DNA of 64,000 nt from Verrucomicrobiota bacterium. Lineage in GTDB: Bacteria > Verrucomicrobiota > Verrucomicrobiia > Verrucomicrobiales > DEV007. Below are positions 20,760 to 30,739 of this stretch, piece after piece (within the stretch, counting starts at the first letter, position 1; every line of letters starts with the position of its first letter). The notes beneath the pieces were generated by a model that saw nothing but the letters and a program-made list of their open reading frames with translations, searched no databases and was not told the origin of the DNA. The position numbers were made by a program, and so were the translations under genes. The DNA is taken from contig JASFYY010000054.1 in NCBI GenBank assembly GCA_045046875.1, positions 1 through 64,000 on the forward strand, given 5' to 3'.

Positions 20760-20835
20760 ACTTGAATTTGTGATTTGAAATTGAAGGGCGCGTGGGTGCT
20801 TGCTTTGGTTGATTGACGGTTTATCATGCTGAATC

Positions 20836-21780
20836 ATGGGAGTTTATGAACGCGATTATATGCGACAGGGATCGCCCCATGGTGGAGGAGGTGGGTCGCC
20901 CTCGAGTGGTCCGCGTTCGTGGTCGGTGTTGATCTGGTTGATCGTGATCAATACGGTGTTGTTTATATTTCGCGGGGGGAACGAAGCGCAGTTGCTGAAC
21001 TTTGGGAGTTTGTCGTTTCAGCAGTTGGCGGCGGGCAAAATCTGGACGCCGGTCACTTATATGTTTTTGCATGGTAGCTTGATGCATGTGGCGGGGAACA
21101 TGCTGGTACTCTATTTTTTCGGGCGCAACATTCTGCTGATGCTGGGGACACGTCATTTTCTGACCATTTATTTTGTCGGTGGCGTGGTGGGTGGATTGGT
21201 GCAGGTTTTTGTGGGTTTGTTGATTGGCTGGCAAAATCCTTTGATCGGGGCGTCGGCGGGGGTGGCAGCCATTGTGATCGCGCTAACGGCCTTGCTGCCG
21301 GAGAAGAAGGTTTATTTGTTATTGTTTTTTGTCATTCCTATTCGGATGAAAATGAAAACCCTGGCGTTGGTTTTTGTGGGTCTTGATCTGGCATTGTTTT
21401 TTGCGGATTTGTTGGGCGTGATGAGTTTGGGAATTGGCAATCTGGCTCACTTGGGTGGCGCGTTGTGTGGCTGGCTTTATATCAAACAAGGATTTGCCTA
21501 CAATGGGGGGCGCAAGCCTACCCGGGGTCAAGCGGAGCGTTGGATGAATCGTTTTGGTGAAAACCGGGTGGTGGACGCTGAAGTTTCCGAGCCCCCGGAG
21601 AAAAAATCGTCGTGGTTCACTTCGGCGGAAAACAAAGCTTACATTTCAAAAAGTGTGGATGAGATTTTAGAGAAAATTTCCGAACACGGGATGCAGAGTC
21701 TGACGGATGAAGAGAAACGAACTTTGGAAAAAAACAGTGAAGAGTTGGCGCGAATGACAAGGAGAAGGGGTGGCAAGTGA
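20836..21780 (+). CDS. Rhomboid family intramembrane serine protease
   Basis: TYMFLHG..H..NM, GASAG, AHLGG; C-terminal VDEILEKISEHGMQSLT domain. Confidence 0.92.
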   Translation: MGVYERDYMRQGSPHGGGGGSPSSGPRSWSVLIWLIVINTVLFIFRGGNEAQLLNFGSLSFQQLAAGKIWTPVTYMFLHGSLMHVAGNMLVLYFFGRNILLMLGTRHFLTIYFVGGVVGGLVQVFVGLLIGWQNPLIGASAGVAAIVIALTALLPEKKVYLLLFFVIPIRMKMKTLALVFVGLDLALFFADLLGVMSLGIGNLAHLGGALCGWLYIKQGFAYNGGRKPTRGQAERWMNRFGENRVVDAEVSEPPEKKSSWFTSAENKAYISKSVDEILEKISEHGMQSLTDEEKRTLEKNSEELARMTRRRGGK

Positions 21781-21800
21781 GAGGGGAATAGGAAATAAAA

Positions 21801-22301
21801 ATGGCTGAATCGGGTAACATTTGGATGAAGGGGGCGAAGTGGTTATTGCTGGCAGCTTTGTTTATAGCAGCGGTGGTGGGCAGTGGGTGGATGGGGATTT
21901 CCCTGGCTAAAAAAAATCTACCGGATTGGGTGGGAAAAAAAATTGTGGTTTTGAGTGGAACGGAGATGGTGATTGGTGGGGAAGGGCAGGAAATTTATCT
22001 GGCTGAAAAAAACCAAAGTATTAAGGATTTTTTTAATCAATACCCTAGCCGTGAAGAGCGGTTGAAGGCGGATGTTGATAAAGCCAAGGTGAGGCGTTTC
22101 ACCGCCGAGGTGGATATTCGGGTTGAACGGCGGGATGCTGGCACGGTTTCTATTGAGGTGTTGTCGGGGCCGTTGAATGGCGAGGATTTCTGGATGCCTC
22201 TGGAGCAGTTGTCTCAAGGTAGGAGTGGAGAGGATATTCCTTTGATAAAGGATGATGGGGGGATAGGAGAACCACGAATGAACACGAATGAACACGAATG
22301 A
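21801..22301 (+). CDS. Hypothetical membrane-anchored protein
   Basis: 166-aa ORF with N-terminal hydrophobic helix, in operon-like context. Confidence 0.7.
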   Translation: MAESGNIWMKGAKWLLLAALFIAAVVGSGWMGISLAKKNLPDWVGKKIVVLSGTEMVIGGEGQEIYLAEKNQSIKDFFNQYPSREERLKADVDKAKVRRFTAEVDIRVERRDAGTVSIEVLSGPLNGEDFWMPLEQLSQGRSGEDIPLIKDDGGIGEPRMNTNEHE

Positions 22302-22302
22302 A
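22273..22302 (+). repeat. 10-bp tandem repeat CACGAATGAA x3
   Basis: Read directly; overlaps the last codons and stop of the 21801-22301 ORF. Confidence 0.9.
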
Positions 22303-22422
22303 ATGAGTAAGAACAAGACGTCTTATCCCCGGCCATTCATGTTACGAGTTATTTTTTGTCCTGTAGGTGAAAATGAGTGCTAGAAGTGTTCTCGATTGAG
22401 GAAAGATTCGGATAGAATTGTC

Positions 22423-23004
22423 ATGAGAATCATTGCTGGAAGTGCCGGAGGCATACCATTAAAAACGCCGCGTGGAGGAACCCGTCCGACGGCGGACCGG
22501 GTGAGAGAAGCTCTGTTTGCTTCGTTGGGGAGTTTGTTGGTAGGGGCGCGGGTATTGGATTTGTATGCGGGTTCGGGTTCGTTGGGGATTGAAGCATTAA
22601 GCCGGGGGGCGGACAGTGCACTGTTCGTGGAGCAACAGCGGCAGGCAGGTGAAGTGATTCAAGCTAATCTCGATAAATCGCGGCTTGAGGGAGGTTTAAT
22701 AAGGCGTTCCGAGGTGATGAAGTTCTTGCGTGGGCACCGTGTGGTGGATGGTGGCGCGTATGATTTGATTTTTGCCGATCCTCCTTATGCCAAGGATCAA
22801 ACGACGGCAGCAGAGTTGCTGGCTTTGTCCACCAACGATGATTTGGTGAACTTGTTGGGTGACAAGGGGGTATTGATTTTGGAAACGATGGCTTCGGTGG
22901 AATTGCCTGAATTGATTGCGCAACGCTGGGAAGTGCGCGATGAAAGGCGTTATGGTGAAACCCGGATTTCGTTTTTGGTGAAACTTTCTTTGACAGGCGC
23001 TTAA
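22423..23004 (+). CDS. rsmD: 16S rRNA (guanine966-N2) methyltransferase
   Basis: MRIIAG, TRPTADRVREALF, LDLYAGSGSLGIEALSRGA, DPPY, RYGET. Confidence 0.95.
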   Translation: MRIIAGSAGGIPLKTPRGGTRPTADRVREALFASLGSLLVGARVLDLYAGSGSLGIEALSRGADSALFVEQQRQAGEVIQANLDKSRLEGGLIRRSEVMKFLRGHRVVDGGAYDLIFADPPYAKDQTTAAELLALSTNDDLVNLLGDKGVLILETMASVELPELIAQRWEVRDERRYGETRISFLVKLSLTGA

Positions 23005-23008
23005 ATAA

Positions 23009-24340
23009 ATGAAACTCAGGCAGGTATTATTGATTTATAATTTGCTGCTGCCGCTTGCTTTGTTGTTGGGATTGCCCGGTTATCTGATCAAGGCGATTCG
23101 TCGCGGAGGGGCGCGCGATAATTTTTCCCAGCGTTTTGGTCGTTACGATCAGTCGATGTTGGCACGGTGGCAGCAAGAGCCGGATGGTGGGCAGAGGGTG
23201 TGGATCCATGCGGTGAGTGTGGGGGAAGTATTGGTTGGTTTAAAAGTGATCCAGGCTTTGTTGGAGGAAAGTCCCGATCAATCGATTGTGCTCTCGACCA
23301 CCACTCCTACGGGTTATCGTTTGGCCAAAGCGGAGTGTACGTCCTTGGTCTGTGTGATCTATAATCCGGTGGATTTGCCCTGGGTGGTGCGCGGGGCTTT
23401 GCGACGTATCCAACCCAGGCATTTGATTTTGGTGGAGGCCGAGGTCTGGCCAAATCTGGTGTATCAGGCCAGGCAGCGTGGGGTGAGTGTTTCCCTGGTG
23501 AACGCGCGCTTGTCCGAGCGATCGGAGCGGCGCTTCCGCAAATTTGGTGCTTTGACAGGACCTCTGTTTGCGATGCTCGATCATGTGTGTGTGCAATTTG
23601 AGCGGGATGTGAAACGCTGGCAGGGACTGGGGGTGGATTTGCAGCGGATTGAAAAGGTGGGCAGTATCAAGTATGATGAAGCAGAGCAGGAAGCGCCCGC
23701 GGCGCAAATCGCCGAGTTGCAGCAGGTGTTGCAAAATTGGGGCATGGCGGCATCGCAGCCGGTGTTATTGGCTGGCAGCACGCATGCCGGGGAGGAGGCC
23801 TTGATCGGCGGGGTTTATCTTGAATTGAAAAAGAAAATACCCGACCTGGTTTATATCGTGGTGCCGAGGCATGTGGAAAGAAGTGCTGCGGTGGTGAATG
23901 ATCTGGAGGCGATTGGTTTGCGTGCGGATTTAAGATCAGGGATAAACAAAACGGAGGGAGGGCAAGAAGACGGGGATGGGCAGGTTTCGTGTCTGTTGGT
24001 GGATACCACGGGGGAGTTGCGAGCCTGGTATCATTTGGCTTCGCTGGTGGTGGTGGGAAAAAGTTTTCTCGGCAAAGGCGGTCAGAATCCGGTGGAGCCG
24101 ATCATGGCGGGCAAGCCAGTGGTGGTGGGGCCGCATATGGAAAATTTTACGGCGGTGATGGAGCAACTTTTGCAGCAGAAAGGATTGCGGCAAGTGGCGG
24201 AAGAAGATGGCTTGCCGGCGGTTATTTCAGCCCTGTTGGAGGATCGCAGCGAAGCGGATTTGATGGTCAAGCGAGCCCGGTTGGCACTGGGTCAGCATCG
24301 CGGCGCAGCGCGGCGCACGGTAAAAGTGATTTGCGGATGA
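23009..24340 (+). CDS. waaA: 3-deoxy-D-manno-octulosonic acid (Kdo) transferase
   Basis: WIHAVSVGE, EAEVWPN, NARLS, AGSTH, VPRH, GGQNPVEP, GPHMENF. Confidence 0.95.
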   Translation: MKLRQVLLIYNLLLPLALLLGLPGYLIKAIRRGGARDNFSQRFGRYDQSMLARWQQEPDGGQRVWIHAVSVGEVLVGLKVIQALLEESPDQSIVLSTTTPTGYRLAKAECTSLVCVIYNPVDLPWVVRGALRRIQPRHLILVEAEVWPNLVYQARQRGVSVSLVNARLSERSERRFRKFGALTGPLFAMLDHVCVQFERDVKRWQGLGVDLQRIEKVGSIKYDEAEQEAPAAQIAELQQVLQNWGMAASQPVLLAGSTHAGEEALIGGVYLELKKKIPDLVYIVVPRHVERSAAVVNDLEAIGLRADLRSGINKTEGGQEDGDGQVSCLLVDTTGELRAWYHLASLVVVGKSFLGKGGQNPVEPIMAGKPVVVGPHMENFTAVMEQLLQQKGLRQVAEEDGLPAVISALLEDRSEADLMVKRARLALGQHRGAARRTVKVICG

Positions 24341-24448
24341 CAATATCTGCACTTTTGAGGTGAATTACTGCATTTTCCACTTGCAGAAAGCTAAAAATAT
24401 AGTCAGTTGCGCCATTCCAACCGCCGGTCATCCGGCTATCAACGGTAT

Positions 24449-24523
24449 GACCCGTTCGTCTAACGGTTAGGACACCTGGTTTTCATCCAGGCAATAGGGG
24501 TTCGATTCCCCTACGGGTCGCCA
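24449..24523 (+). tRNA. tRNA-Glu (TTC)
   Basis: Cloverleaf: acceptor GACCCGT/ACGGGTC, anticodon stem CCTGG/CCAGG with TTC at 24482-24484, T arm AGGGG-TTCGATT-CCCCT, encoded CCA. Confidence 0.97.
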
Positions 24524-24575
24524 TTCCTTTCTTCGCTCGGATTTTGATTTTTGAATTGAGAGTGCGGAATTTAGG

Positions 24576-24615
24576 GGGTCTCCACCAAAGATTGGGGACA
24601 AGGGTATTTTTTAGG
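24576..24615 (+). repeat. 40-bp direct repeat, copy A
   Basis: GGGTCTCCACCAAAGATTGGGGACAAGGGTATTTTTTAGG; matches 38712-38752 with one substitution and one T indel. Confidence 0.92.
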
Positions 24616-24826
24616 TTTGTGTTGAGTTCAGGTTATCCGCATTGAGCGATGATGCGCAAACTGGTAGCTTAAAAAGTTTATTGCGAACCTCTCTACACCA
24701 CGGGTTTTGGTCGTGAGAACTGAACTACAGGAGATGGAGATTTATCTGTAATTAGTAGTGAGGTCTGCTCATAAGATAATTATTTGACTCATGAGGGGGG
24801 AACTGTTATCTCTATATAAACAACAG

Positions 24827-24845
24827 TATTGTATAATACACAATA
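24827..24845. promoter_or_regulatory. Candidate IclR operator palindrome
   Basis: TATTGTATAATACACAATA, a 19-bp palindrome with one mismatched pair, ending 2 nt before the IclR ATG; TTGACT-N17-TATCTC upstream (24784-24812). Confidence 0.55.
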
Positions 24846-24847
24846 AG

Positions 24848-25645
24848 ATGAGATCCAACAAATCTACACTACCAATTCAAAGCCTGGATCGTGGACTGCA
24901 ATTATTGATAGCCGCAGGATCATCAAACCGGCCGCTGGGTCTTGCCGAACTGACTGAAATGCTGGGCATTGATCGCAGTAGCGCTTACCGCCTGGCGAAT
25001 ACGCTGAAGATGCGTGGTTTTTTTCATCAATCGCCGGACACCAAGGCTTACACATTAGGTCCTGCCATCTGGCAATTGGCGAGTCAGATGCGTCAGAGTA
25101 ATTCCTTGATGCAGATCGCACGAGAGCATGTGGCCGAGCTTGCGTCACAGACCGGTGAAACGGCTCACCTTGCGGTGAGGGAGAATGATCGGGTTTTGTT
25201 TCTTGAGCATTCGCTGACAAATCAGGCCGTGGGTGTTTCCGCGGGCTCGGGGAGGACCGAGCCTCTTCATTGTACTGCACTCGGGAAGGCGCTCATTTCC
25301 GAACTGAGCGCTCAAGATATAAATGAGCTGTTGGGGTCTGGCGAGCTTGAAAAATATACAGCAAACACGATTCGTTCTGCGGGAGATCTGGCTTCAAAAT
25401 GTAAAAGCAACCAAGCTCTTGGTTTTGCTGTTGATGACGAGGAATTTCATCTTGGTGTTCGTTGTGTGGCTGCACCTATTCACGATTTTGATGGCCAAAT
25501 CGTGGCGGCCATCGGGATGTCCGCTCCGACTTCTCGTCTGTCCAAGCGCCGGACGCCTGAATTGGGACGACAGGTGAAGGAAGTGGCTGCTGATATCAGT
25601 CGGCAACTGGGATATGTGCAAACTGTTGAAGAGGAAGTCGTATGA
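24848..25645 (+). CDS. IclR family transcriptional regulator
   Basis: QSLDRGLQLL, HTH IDRSSAYRLANTL, TGETAHL, PLHCTALGKA, VRCVAAPI. Confidence 0.95.
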   Translation: MRSNKSTLPIQSLDRGLQLLIAAGSSNRPLGLAELTEMLGIDRSSAYRLANTLKMRGFFHQSPDTKAYTLGPAIWQLASQMRQSNSLMQIAREHVAELASQTGETAHLAVRENDRVLFLEHSLTNQAVGVSAGSGRTEPLHCTALGKALISELSAQDINELLGSGELEKYTANTIRSAGDLASKCKSNQALGFAVDDEEFHLGVRCVAAPIHDFDGQIVAAIGMSAPTSRLSKRRTPELGRQVKEVAADISRQLGYVQTVEEEVV

Positions 25646-27552
25646 GTGAGGTCTCATCAGAGTCGGAAACATCACACCAGATTCACGGTCGTCTCGAACG
25701 GGCCAAGGCTATTGTTAAAGCCGGTGGATTTGAAGAGGCGTTGGCATTAGGAGCTCTTGCCAATCGGCTCGATATCACCCTTTCAGAAAGCATCGTTCTC
25801 GGGCTGGTAAGACAAAACGTGAGAACTTTTGTGACCGTGTTAGGGCATGGTTCGACCGACCTTGGTGAAGTTCTGCGAGTTTATGAGCAAGCTGGTCTGG
25901 TTCGATCCTGCGGAGTGCGGAATGAAATCGAAGCCAGTCATGCGGCGATGGCTTTGCGTTGGGTGACCGGAGAAAAAGCCGCAGTAGTGACTTCAATCGG
26001 ACCGGGAGCTCTGCAGGCATTGGCAGCATCATTAGCACCTGCATGTGATGGTGTAGGGGTTTGGTATCTTTTCGGTGATGAAACGACTCAGGACGAAGGC
26101 CCTAACATGCAGCAGATACCTGGTGCTGGTCAGCATTCGTATTTGCAGCTCTGTTCGGCGATGGGGCAGTCCTATTGCCTGCACACTCCGGAGGCAGTGG
26201 GAATAGCTCTACGACGCGGTTTGAACGCCGTTGATCATCCTCATCGTCCCGGACCTTTTTATCTGCTGATGCCAATGAATGCCCAGCCGAAGATATTGCA
26301 GGGATTCAATCTGGAAGAACTTCCCACCGGCGTCCCTCCTCGCCTCGGTGCAGCTGCGGGTGATGAGGTTTATAGCGAGGCTGTCGATGCTTTGCTTGCG
26401 GCAAAACGGGTGGTGATCAAAATTGGCGGTGGTGGTCGTGAAGCTGGAGAAGCCCTCGGCAAATTTCTTGAACTCGTCGATGGGGTAGCTGTGACCAGTC
26501 CATTGGTATCCGGTGTGATTCCATCGGATCATCCGAGGAACATGACGGTTGGTGGATCGAAGGGATCGATCAGCGGGAATTACGCCATGGAAGAGGCTGA
26601 CTTGCTTGTCGCCGTGGGAACCCGCTTTGTTTGTCAGTCTGACTGTTCGCGAACCGGATATCCCAAAGTGAAACGGGTCATCAATATCAATACCGATCTC
26701 GATTCAGCCACCCACTATGGTCGATCGATCGCTCTGCTTGGCGATGCGGAACCAACTTTGGAACGACTGATCGAGGAATTAGGTCAACGAGGACAGAAGG
26801 TCGTGGAAGATGAGTCTGAGTGGTTAACGAGTTGTCGGGAAAAGCGTGCCGAATGGGAGGCTTTCAAAAAAGAGCGCTATGAAACTCCCGCCTTGTTCGA
26901 TGAAGTGTGGGGTGAAAAGGTGATGACTCAACCAGTTGCGATCAAGACGGCCACTGATTGGGCACGAGCCAATGATGCCGTTACTTTCTTTGATGCCGGG
27001 GATCCACAGGCGAATGCTTTTCAGATTGTCGAGGATGATCGCCTCGGACGAACCTTCACCGAAACCGGTGCGAGCTACATGGGCTTTGCCGTTTCCGCAT
27101 TGCTCTCCACCGCCCTGGCATCAAAGCCGTTTTACGGACTGGCGATTAGTGGTGACGGATCATTTACCATGAACCCGCAGATCCTCATCGACGGAGTCGC
27201 CCACGGTGCCTGCGGCTGCATCCTGCTGTTGGACAATCGCCGCATGGCCGCCATCTCCGGACTTCAGGTCGCTCAATATGGCTGCAACTATGCAACCAAC
27301 GATCAGGTTGAAGTCGATTATCTGGCCTGGGCAGGTTCCATCAAAGGCGTGAAGGCACTGGACGGTGGAAGCTCGAAAGAGTCACTGACGTCCGCTCTCG
27401 AAAAAGCACACGATTATGACGGACTGTCATTGGTTTATGTGCCGGTATATCACGGCTCTGATCCGCTTGGCGGCATGGGAGTGTTCGGGCGATGGAACGT
27501 GGGATCCTGGTGTGAGGATACTCAGGCATTGCGCCATGACATAGGGCTTTAA
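25642..27552 (+). CDS. Thiamine-diphosphate-dependent enzyme, IolD-like
   Basis: LGHGS, RNE, TSIGPGA, VGTR, SYMGFA, GDGSFTMN..DN..I..LQ; pattern closer to IolD ring hydrolase than to biosynthetic ALS. Confidence 0.75.
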   Translation: MSEVSSESETSHQIHGRLERAKAIVKAGGFEEALALGALANRLDITLSESIVLGLVRQNVRTFVTVLGHGSTDLGEVLRVYEQAGLVRSCGVRNEIEASHAAMALRWVTGEKAAVVTSIGPGALQALAASLAPACDGVGVWYLFGDETTQDEGPNMQQIPGAGQHSYLQLCSAMGQSYCLHTPEAVGIALRRGLNAVDHPHRPGPFYLLMPMNAQPKILQGFNLEELPTGVPPRLGAAAGDEVYSEAVDALLAAKRVVIKIGGGGREAGEALGKFLELVDGVAVTSPLVSGVIPSDHPRNMTVGGSKGSISGNYAMEEADLLVAVGTRFVCQSDCSRTGYPKVKRVININTDLDSATHYGRSIALLGDAEPTLERLIEELGQRGQKVVEDESEWLTSCREKRAEWEAFKKERYETPALFDEVWGEKVMTQPVAIKTATDWARANDAVTFFDAGDPQANAFQIVEDDRLGRTFTETGASYMGFAVSALLSTALASKPFYGLAISGDGSFTMNPQILIDGVAHGACGCILLLDNRRMAAISGLQVAQYGCNYATNDQVEVDYLAWAGSIKGVKALDGGSSKESLTSALEKAHDYDGLSLVYVPVYHGSDPLGGMGVFGRWNVGSWCEDTQALRHDIGL

Positions 27553-27553
27553 T

Positions 27554-28990
27554 ATGAAAAAACCTAACGAAATGTTAATCAATGGGGATTGGTTGCCTGC
27601 GTCTGACGGCGCACGCGAGGACATCATCAATCCCGCAACAGAACAGGTTATCGATTCCGTGCCAATCGCAACTGATGCCGACCTTGAGCAGGCACTCGCC
27701 GCTGCCGAGCGTGGTTCTTCGGAATGGCGACAAGTAGACGCTTGGACACGCAGCGCATTGTTGCGAAAAGTGGCGGGTCTGATCAGGGAACGAACCGATT
27801 CGATTGCGGAAATTCTCACTGAGGAACAAGGGAAACCACTGGCCGAATCGAAAGGGGAGCTGGGAGCAGCGGCTGACCAATTTGATTGGTATGCCGATGA
27901 GGCCCGTCGCATTTACGGACGAATGATCGATGGTCACTCGCGCGAGCATCGCCTGATGGTCATTCGCCAGCCGATTGGTCCGGTGGCTGCTTTTGTGCCC
28001 TGGAATTTTCCGGCGCTCCTTTCAGTGCGTAAAATTGCTCCCGCGATTGCGACCGGTTGTTCCATTATTGTGAATCCGCCCATCGAAGCGCCACGCACGG
28101 TTCTCTGCATGGCGCAAGCTTGCCAGGATGCAGGTCTTCCGCCGGGAGTGCTCAACATGGTCACCGGCAGTGGAGCGCATATTAGCAAAAAGTTAATCGA
28201 ATCCGGAGTGATCCGTAAAGTCAGCCTGACCGGATCAATTCCAGTTGGCAGGCAGATTCTCAAACTGTGCGCCGATGCCATGATCCCGGCATCGATGGAA
28301 CTTGGCGGACACTCGCCGGTGATCGTTTTTGAAGATGCCGATGTTGAACAGACTGCTGAGATCTGTGCTCGCGGAAAGTTCCGTAACATGGGGCAGGTCT
28401 GTATTTCGGCGAGCCGATTTTTTGTCCAGGAATCCATTGTGGATCAATTCACCGAGCATTTTGTGAAAATAACCCGTGAATTGAAAATCGGTGATGGGAA
28501 GGACCCGGAGACAGAAGCCGGACCTCTAGCCAATCAGCGGCGGGTGGATTCGGCCGAAGCATTGGTTGCAGATGCGGTGGGAAAAGGGGCGACCCTTGCC
28601 TGTGGTGGACGGCGACCGGAAGGCTTCGACAAAGGTTTTTATTACGAGCCTACCGTGCTCTCAGGCGTCGAGGATTCGATGAAGGTGATGAGTGACGAGC
28701 CCTTCGGTCCGGTTGCGCCGATTGCCTCTTTTACAGACATGGATGACGCCTTGCGGAAGGCTAATGGGACAGCATTCGGACTGGCTGGTTATGTCTTTAC
28801 CCGGGACACGCGCCGTGCCTTTCTCGTATCCGAGGGACTGGAAGTCGGCATGGTCGGAGTCAACAACCTGGTCATTGCCACCGCCGAGGCTCCCTTCGGA
28901 GGGGTCAAGGATTCCGGCTTTGGTCGGGAGGGAGGTAGTGAAGGAATCGAGGCCTACACGACTACCAAGTATATTAACATTTTATTGTAA
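27554..28990 (+). CDS. NAD(P)-dependent aldehyde dehydrogenase (succinate-semialdehyde dehydrogenase-like)
   Basis: PWNFP, LTGS, MELGG, GQVCIS, EPFGP, APFGGVKDSGFGREGG. Confidence 0.92.
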   Translation: MKKPNEMLINGDWLPASDGAREDIINPATEQVIDSVPIATDADLEQALAAAERGSSEWRQVDAWTRSALLRKVAGLIRERTDSIAEILTEEQGKPLAESKGELGAAADQFDWYADEARRIYGRMIDGHSREHRLMVIRQPIGPVAAFVPWNFPALLSVRKIAPAIATGCSIIVNPPIEAPRTVLCMAQACQDAGLPPGVLNMVTGSGAHISKKLIESGVIRKVSLTGSIPVGRQILKLCADAMIPASMELGGHSPVIVFEDADVEQTAEICARGKFRNMGQVCISASRFFVQESIVDQFTEHFVKITRELKIGDGKDPETEAGPLANQRRVDSAEALVADAVGKGATLACGGRRPEGFDKGFYYEPTVLSGVEDSMKVMSDEPFGPVAPIASFTDMDDALRKANGTAFGLAGYVFTRDTRRAFLVSEGLEVGMVGVNNLVIATAEAPFGGVKDSGFGREGGSEGIEAYTTTKYINILL

Positions 28991-28996
28991 AAAAAT

Positions 28997-30739
28997 ATGG
29001 CAAACACGAACCAAGAAGAATCAGAAGGCGGCATTTACAGCAGCCTGACCAGTTACGGAGACAAGGAGTTCAGCAAGTTCCTGCGACGTGCGTTCCTGGC
29101 GTCGGCTGGTTACGACCGGGATGATCTGGACCGACCGATCGTGGGTATCGCCGACACTTCTTCTGATTACAATACCTGTCACCGACAGATGCCCGAGCTC
29201 ATTGAGGCGATCAAGCGAGGGGTGCTGGAGGGAGGCGGTCTGCCCTTTGTATTCCCTACTATCTCAATGCATGAGATTTTGACCTCACCCACCACCATGT
29301 TGTTTCGCAACCTGTTGGCGATGGAGACTGAGGAAATGATCCGCGCGCAACCGATGGACGCAGTGGTGCTGGTGGGTGGTTGTGATAAAATCGTGCCCGC
29401 TCAATTGATGGCGGCGGCTTCTGCCGATGTGCCTGCAATTTCCGTGGTGACTGGTCCGATGATCACCGGATCGTGGCAAGGAGAGCGTTTGGGAGCCTGC
29501 ACTGATTGTCGTCGATTCTGGGGGGAGCATCGAGCAGGCGAACTGGATGAAGATCAAATCCAGGAAATCGAGCAGGCTCTCTGTCCCACGGCTGGAACCT
29601 GTATGGTGATGGGTTCTGCTTCGACCATGGCCTGTGTCACTGAAGCCATGGGCCTGATGTTGCCCGGAGGAGCAACTGCCCCGGCGGCGACCGGTGATCG
29701 ACTGCGTAACGCGGTTCAGTCAGGACGCTGCGCCGTGGATCTAGCGCGTAGGCAATTGCGACCGTCCGACATCCTCACCCGCGATGCATTCATCAATGGC
29801 CTCACGGTTCTCATGGCGGCAGGGGGATCGACCAATGCCATCATTCATCTGACGGCGATTGCCCGACGGCTTGGAATTGATCTTACTCTCGATGATTTTC
29901 ACGAAGTCGCTCAACGGGTGCCGTTGCTGGTCGACTGCAAGCCGTCCGGCTCTGGTTATCTGGAAGACCTGCACCGGGCCGGAGGTGTGCCGGTTTTGCT
30001 TAAGGCACTCGAACCTCTGCTTAAACTGTCAGCTAAAACCATCACCGGTCAGACGATGGGAGAATGGGTGGAGAGCGCGTCAGCTCCTGCCGACTGGCAG
30101 ACGACGATTCGCACTCTTGAGGATCCGCTGGGTTCGACCGGAGCGCTGACCACACTCAGCGGAACGCTTGCCCCGGATGGAGCGGTTATTAAAAGTGCGG
30201 CGGCGACACCTGAACTGATGGTGTTTCGCGGCCCGGCCGTGGTTTTTGATTCTCCTGAAGATGCTGCAGCCAGGATCGATGATCCGGCACTAGGGATCAC
30301 GGAAGAAAATGTGTTGGTATTACGTAATGGAGGACCGCTTGCGGCAGGCATGCCCGAGTGTGGTTCGCTGTCGATTCCGCGTTACCTGGCTGAGTCCGGA
30401 GTGCGTGATATGGTTCGTGTTTCCGATGCGCGGATGAGTGGGACCGCCTATGGAACCGTGGTTTTGCATTGCTCGCCAGAGGCCTCTGCAGGCGGTCCGC
30501 TGGCTCTGGTTCGTGATGGCGACATCATTGAACTGGATGTCCCCAATCGCAGGATTGATTTACTGGTTGATGAGGCGGAGCTGGGAAAAAGGAGGGCTGA
30601 ATTTGTTGCTCCACCGCTTCCGGAACGCGGTTGGAAATATCTCTATGCCAAGCATGTGACCCAGGCACATCTGGGTGCGGATCTGGATTTTTTGAGTGCA
30701 AAAAAATCCGCTGACAAAACTGAAACAGAAGAATTATAA
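28997..30739 (+). CDS. IlvD/Edd family dehydratase (probably sugar-acid dehydratase)
   Basis: YNTCH, GGCDK, GTCMVMGSASTM, GGSTNA, SDARMSGT, SPEA. Confidence 0.9.
   Translation: MANTNQEESEGGIYSSLTSYGDKEFSKFLRRAFLASAGYDRDDLDRPIVGIADTSSDYNTCHRQMPELIEAIKRGVLEGGGLPFVFPTISMHEILTSPTTMLFRNLLAMETEEMIRAQPMDAVVLVGGCDKIVPAQLMAAASADVPAISVVTGPMITGSWQGERLGACTDCRRFWGEHRAGELDEDQIQEIEQALCPTAGTCMVMGSASTMACVTEAMGLMLPGGATAPAATGDRLRNAVQSGRCAVDLARRQLRPSDILTRDAFINGLTVLMAAGGSTNAIIHLTAIARRLGIDLTLDDFHEVAQRVPLLVDCKPSGSGYLEDLHRAGGVPVLLKALEPLLKLSAKTITGQTMGEWVESASAPADWQTTIRTLEDPLGSTGALTTLSGTLAPDGAVIKSAAATPELMVFRGPAVVFDSPEDAAARIDDPALGITEENVLVLRNGGPLAAGMPECGSLSIPRYLAESGVRDMVRVSDARMSGTAYGTVVLHCSPEASAGGPLALVRDGDIIELDVPNRRIDLLVDEAELGKRRAEFVAPPLPERGWKYLYAKHVTQAHLGADLDFLSAKKSADKTETEEL

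Noticed and set aside
24670..24730. Possible inverted fourth copy of the element (AAAAGTT..TCGTGAGA..GAACT)
   Set aside because: Only short words match and the spacing differs; cannot be supported without alignment statistics.
28997..30739. Calling this gene biosynthetic ilvD
   Set aside because: Catabolic operon context under IclR favours a sugar-acid dehydratase; symbol withheld.
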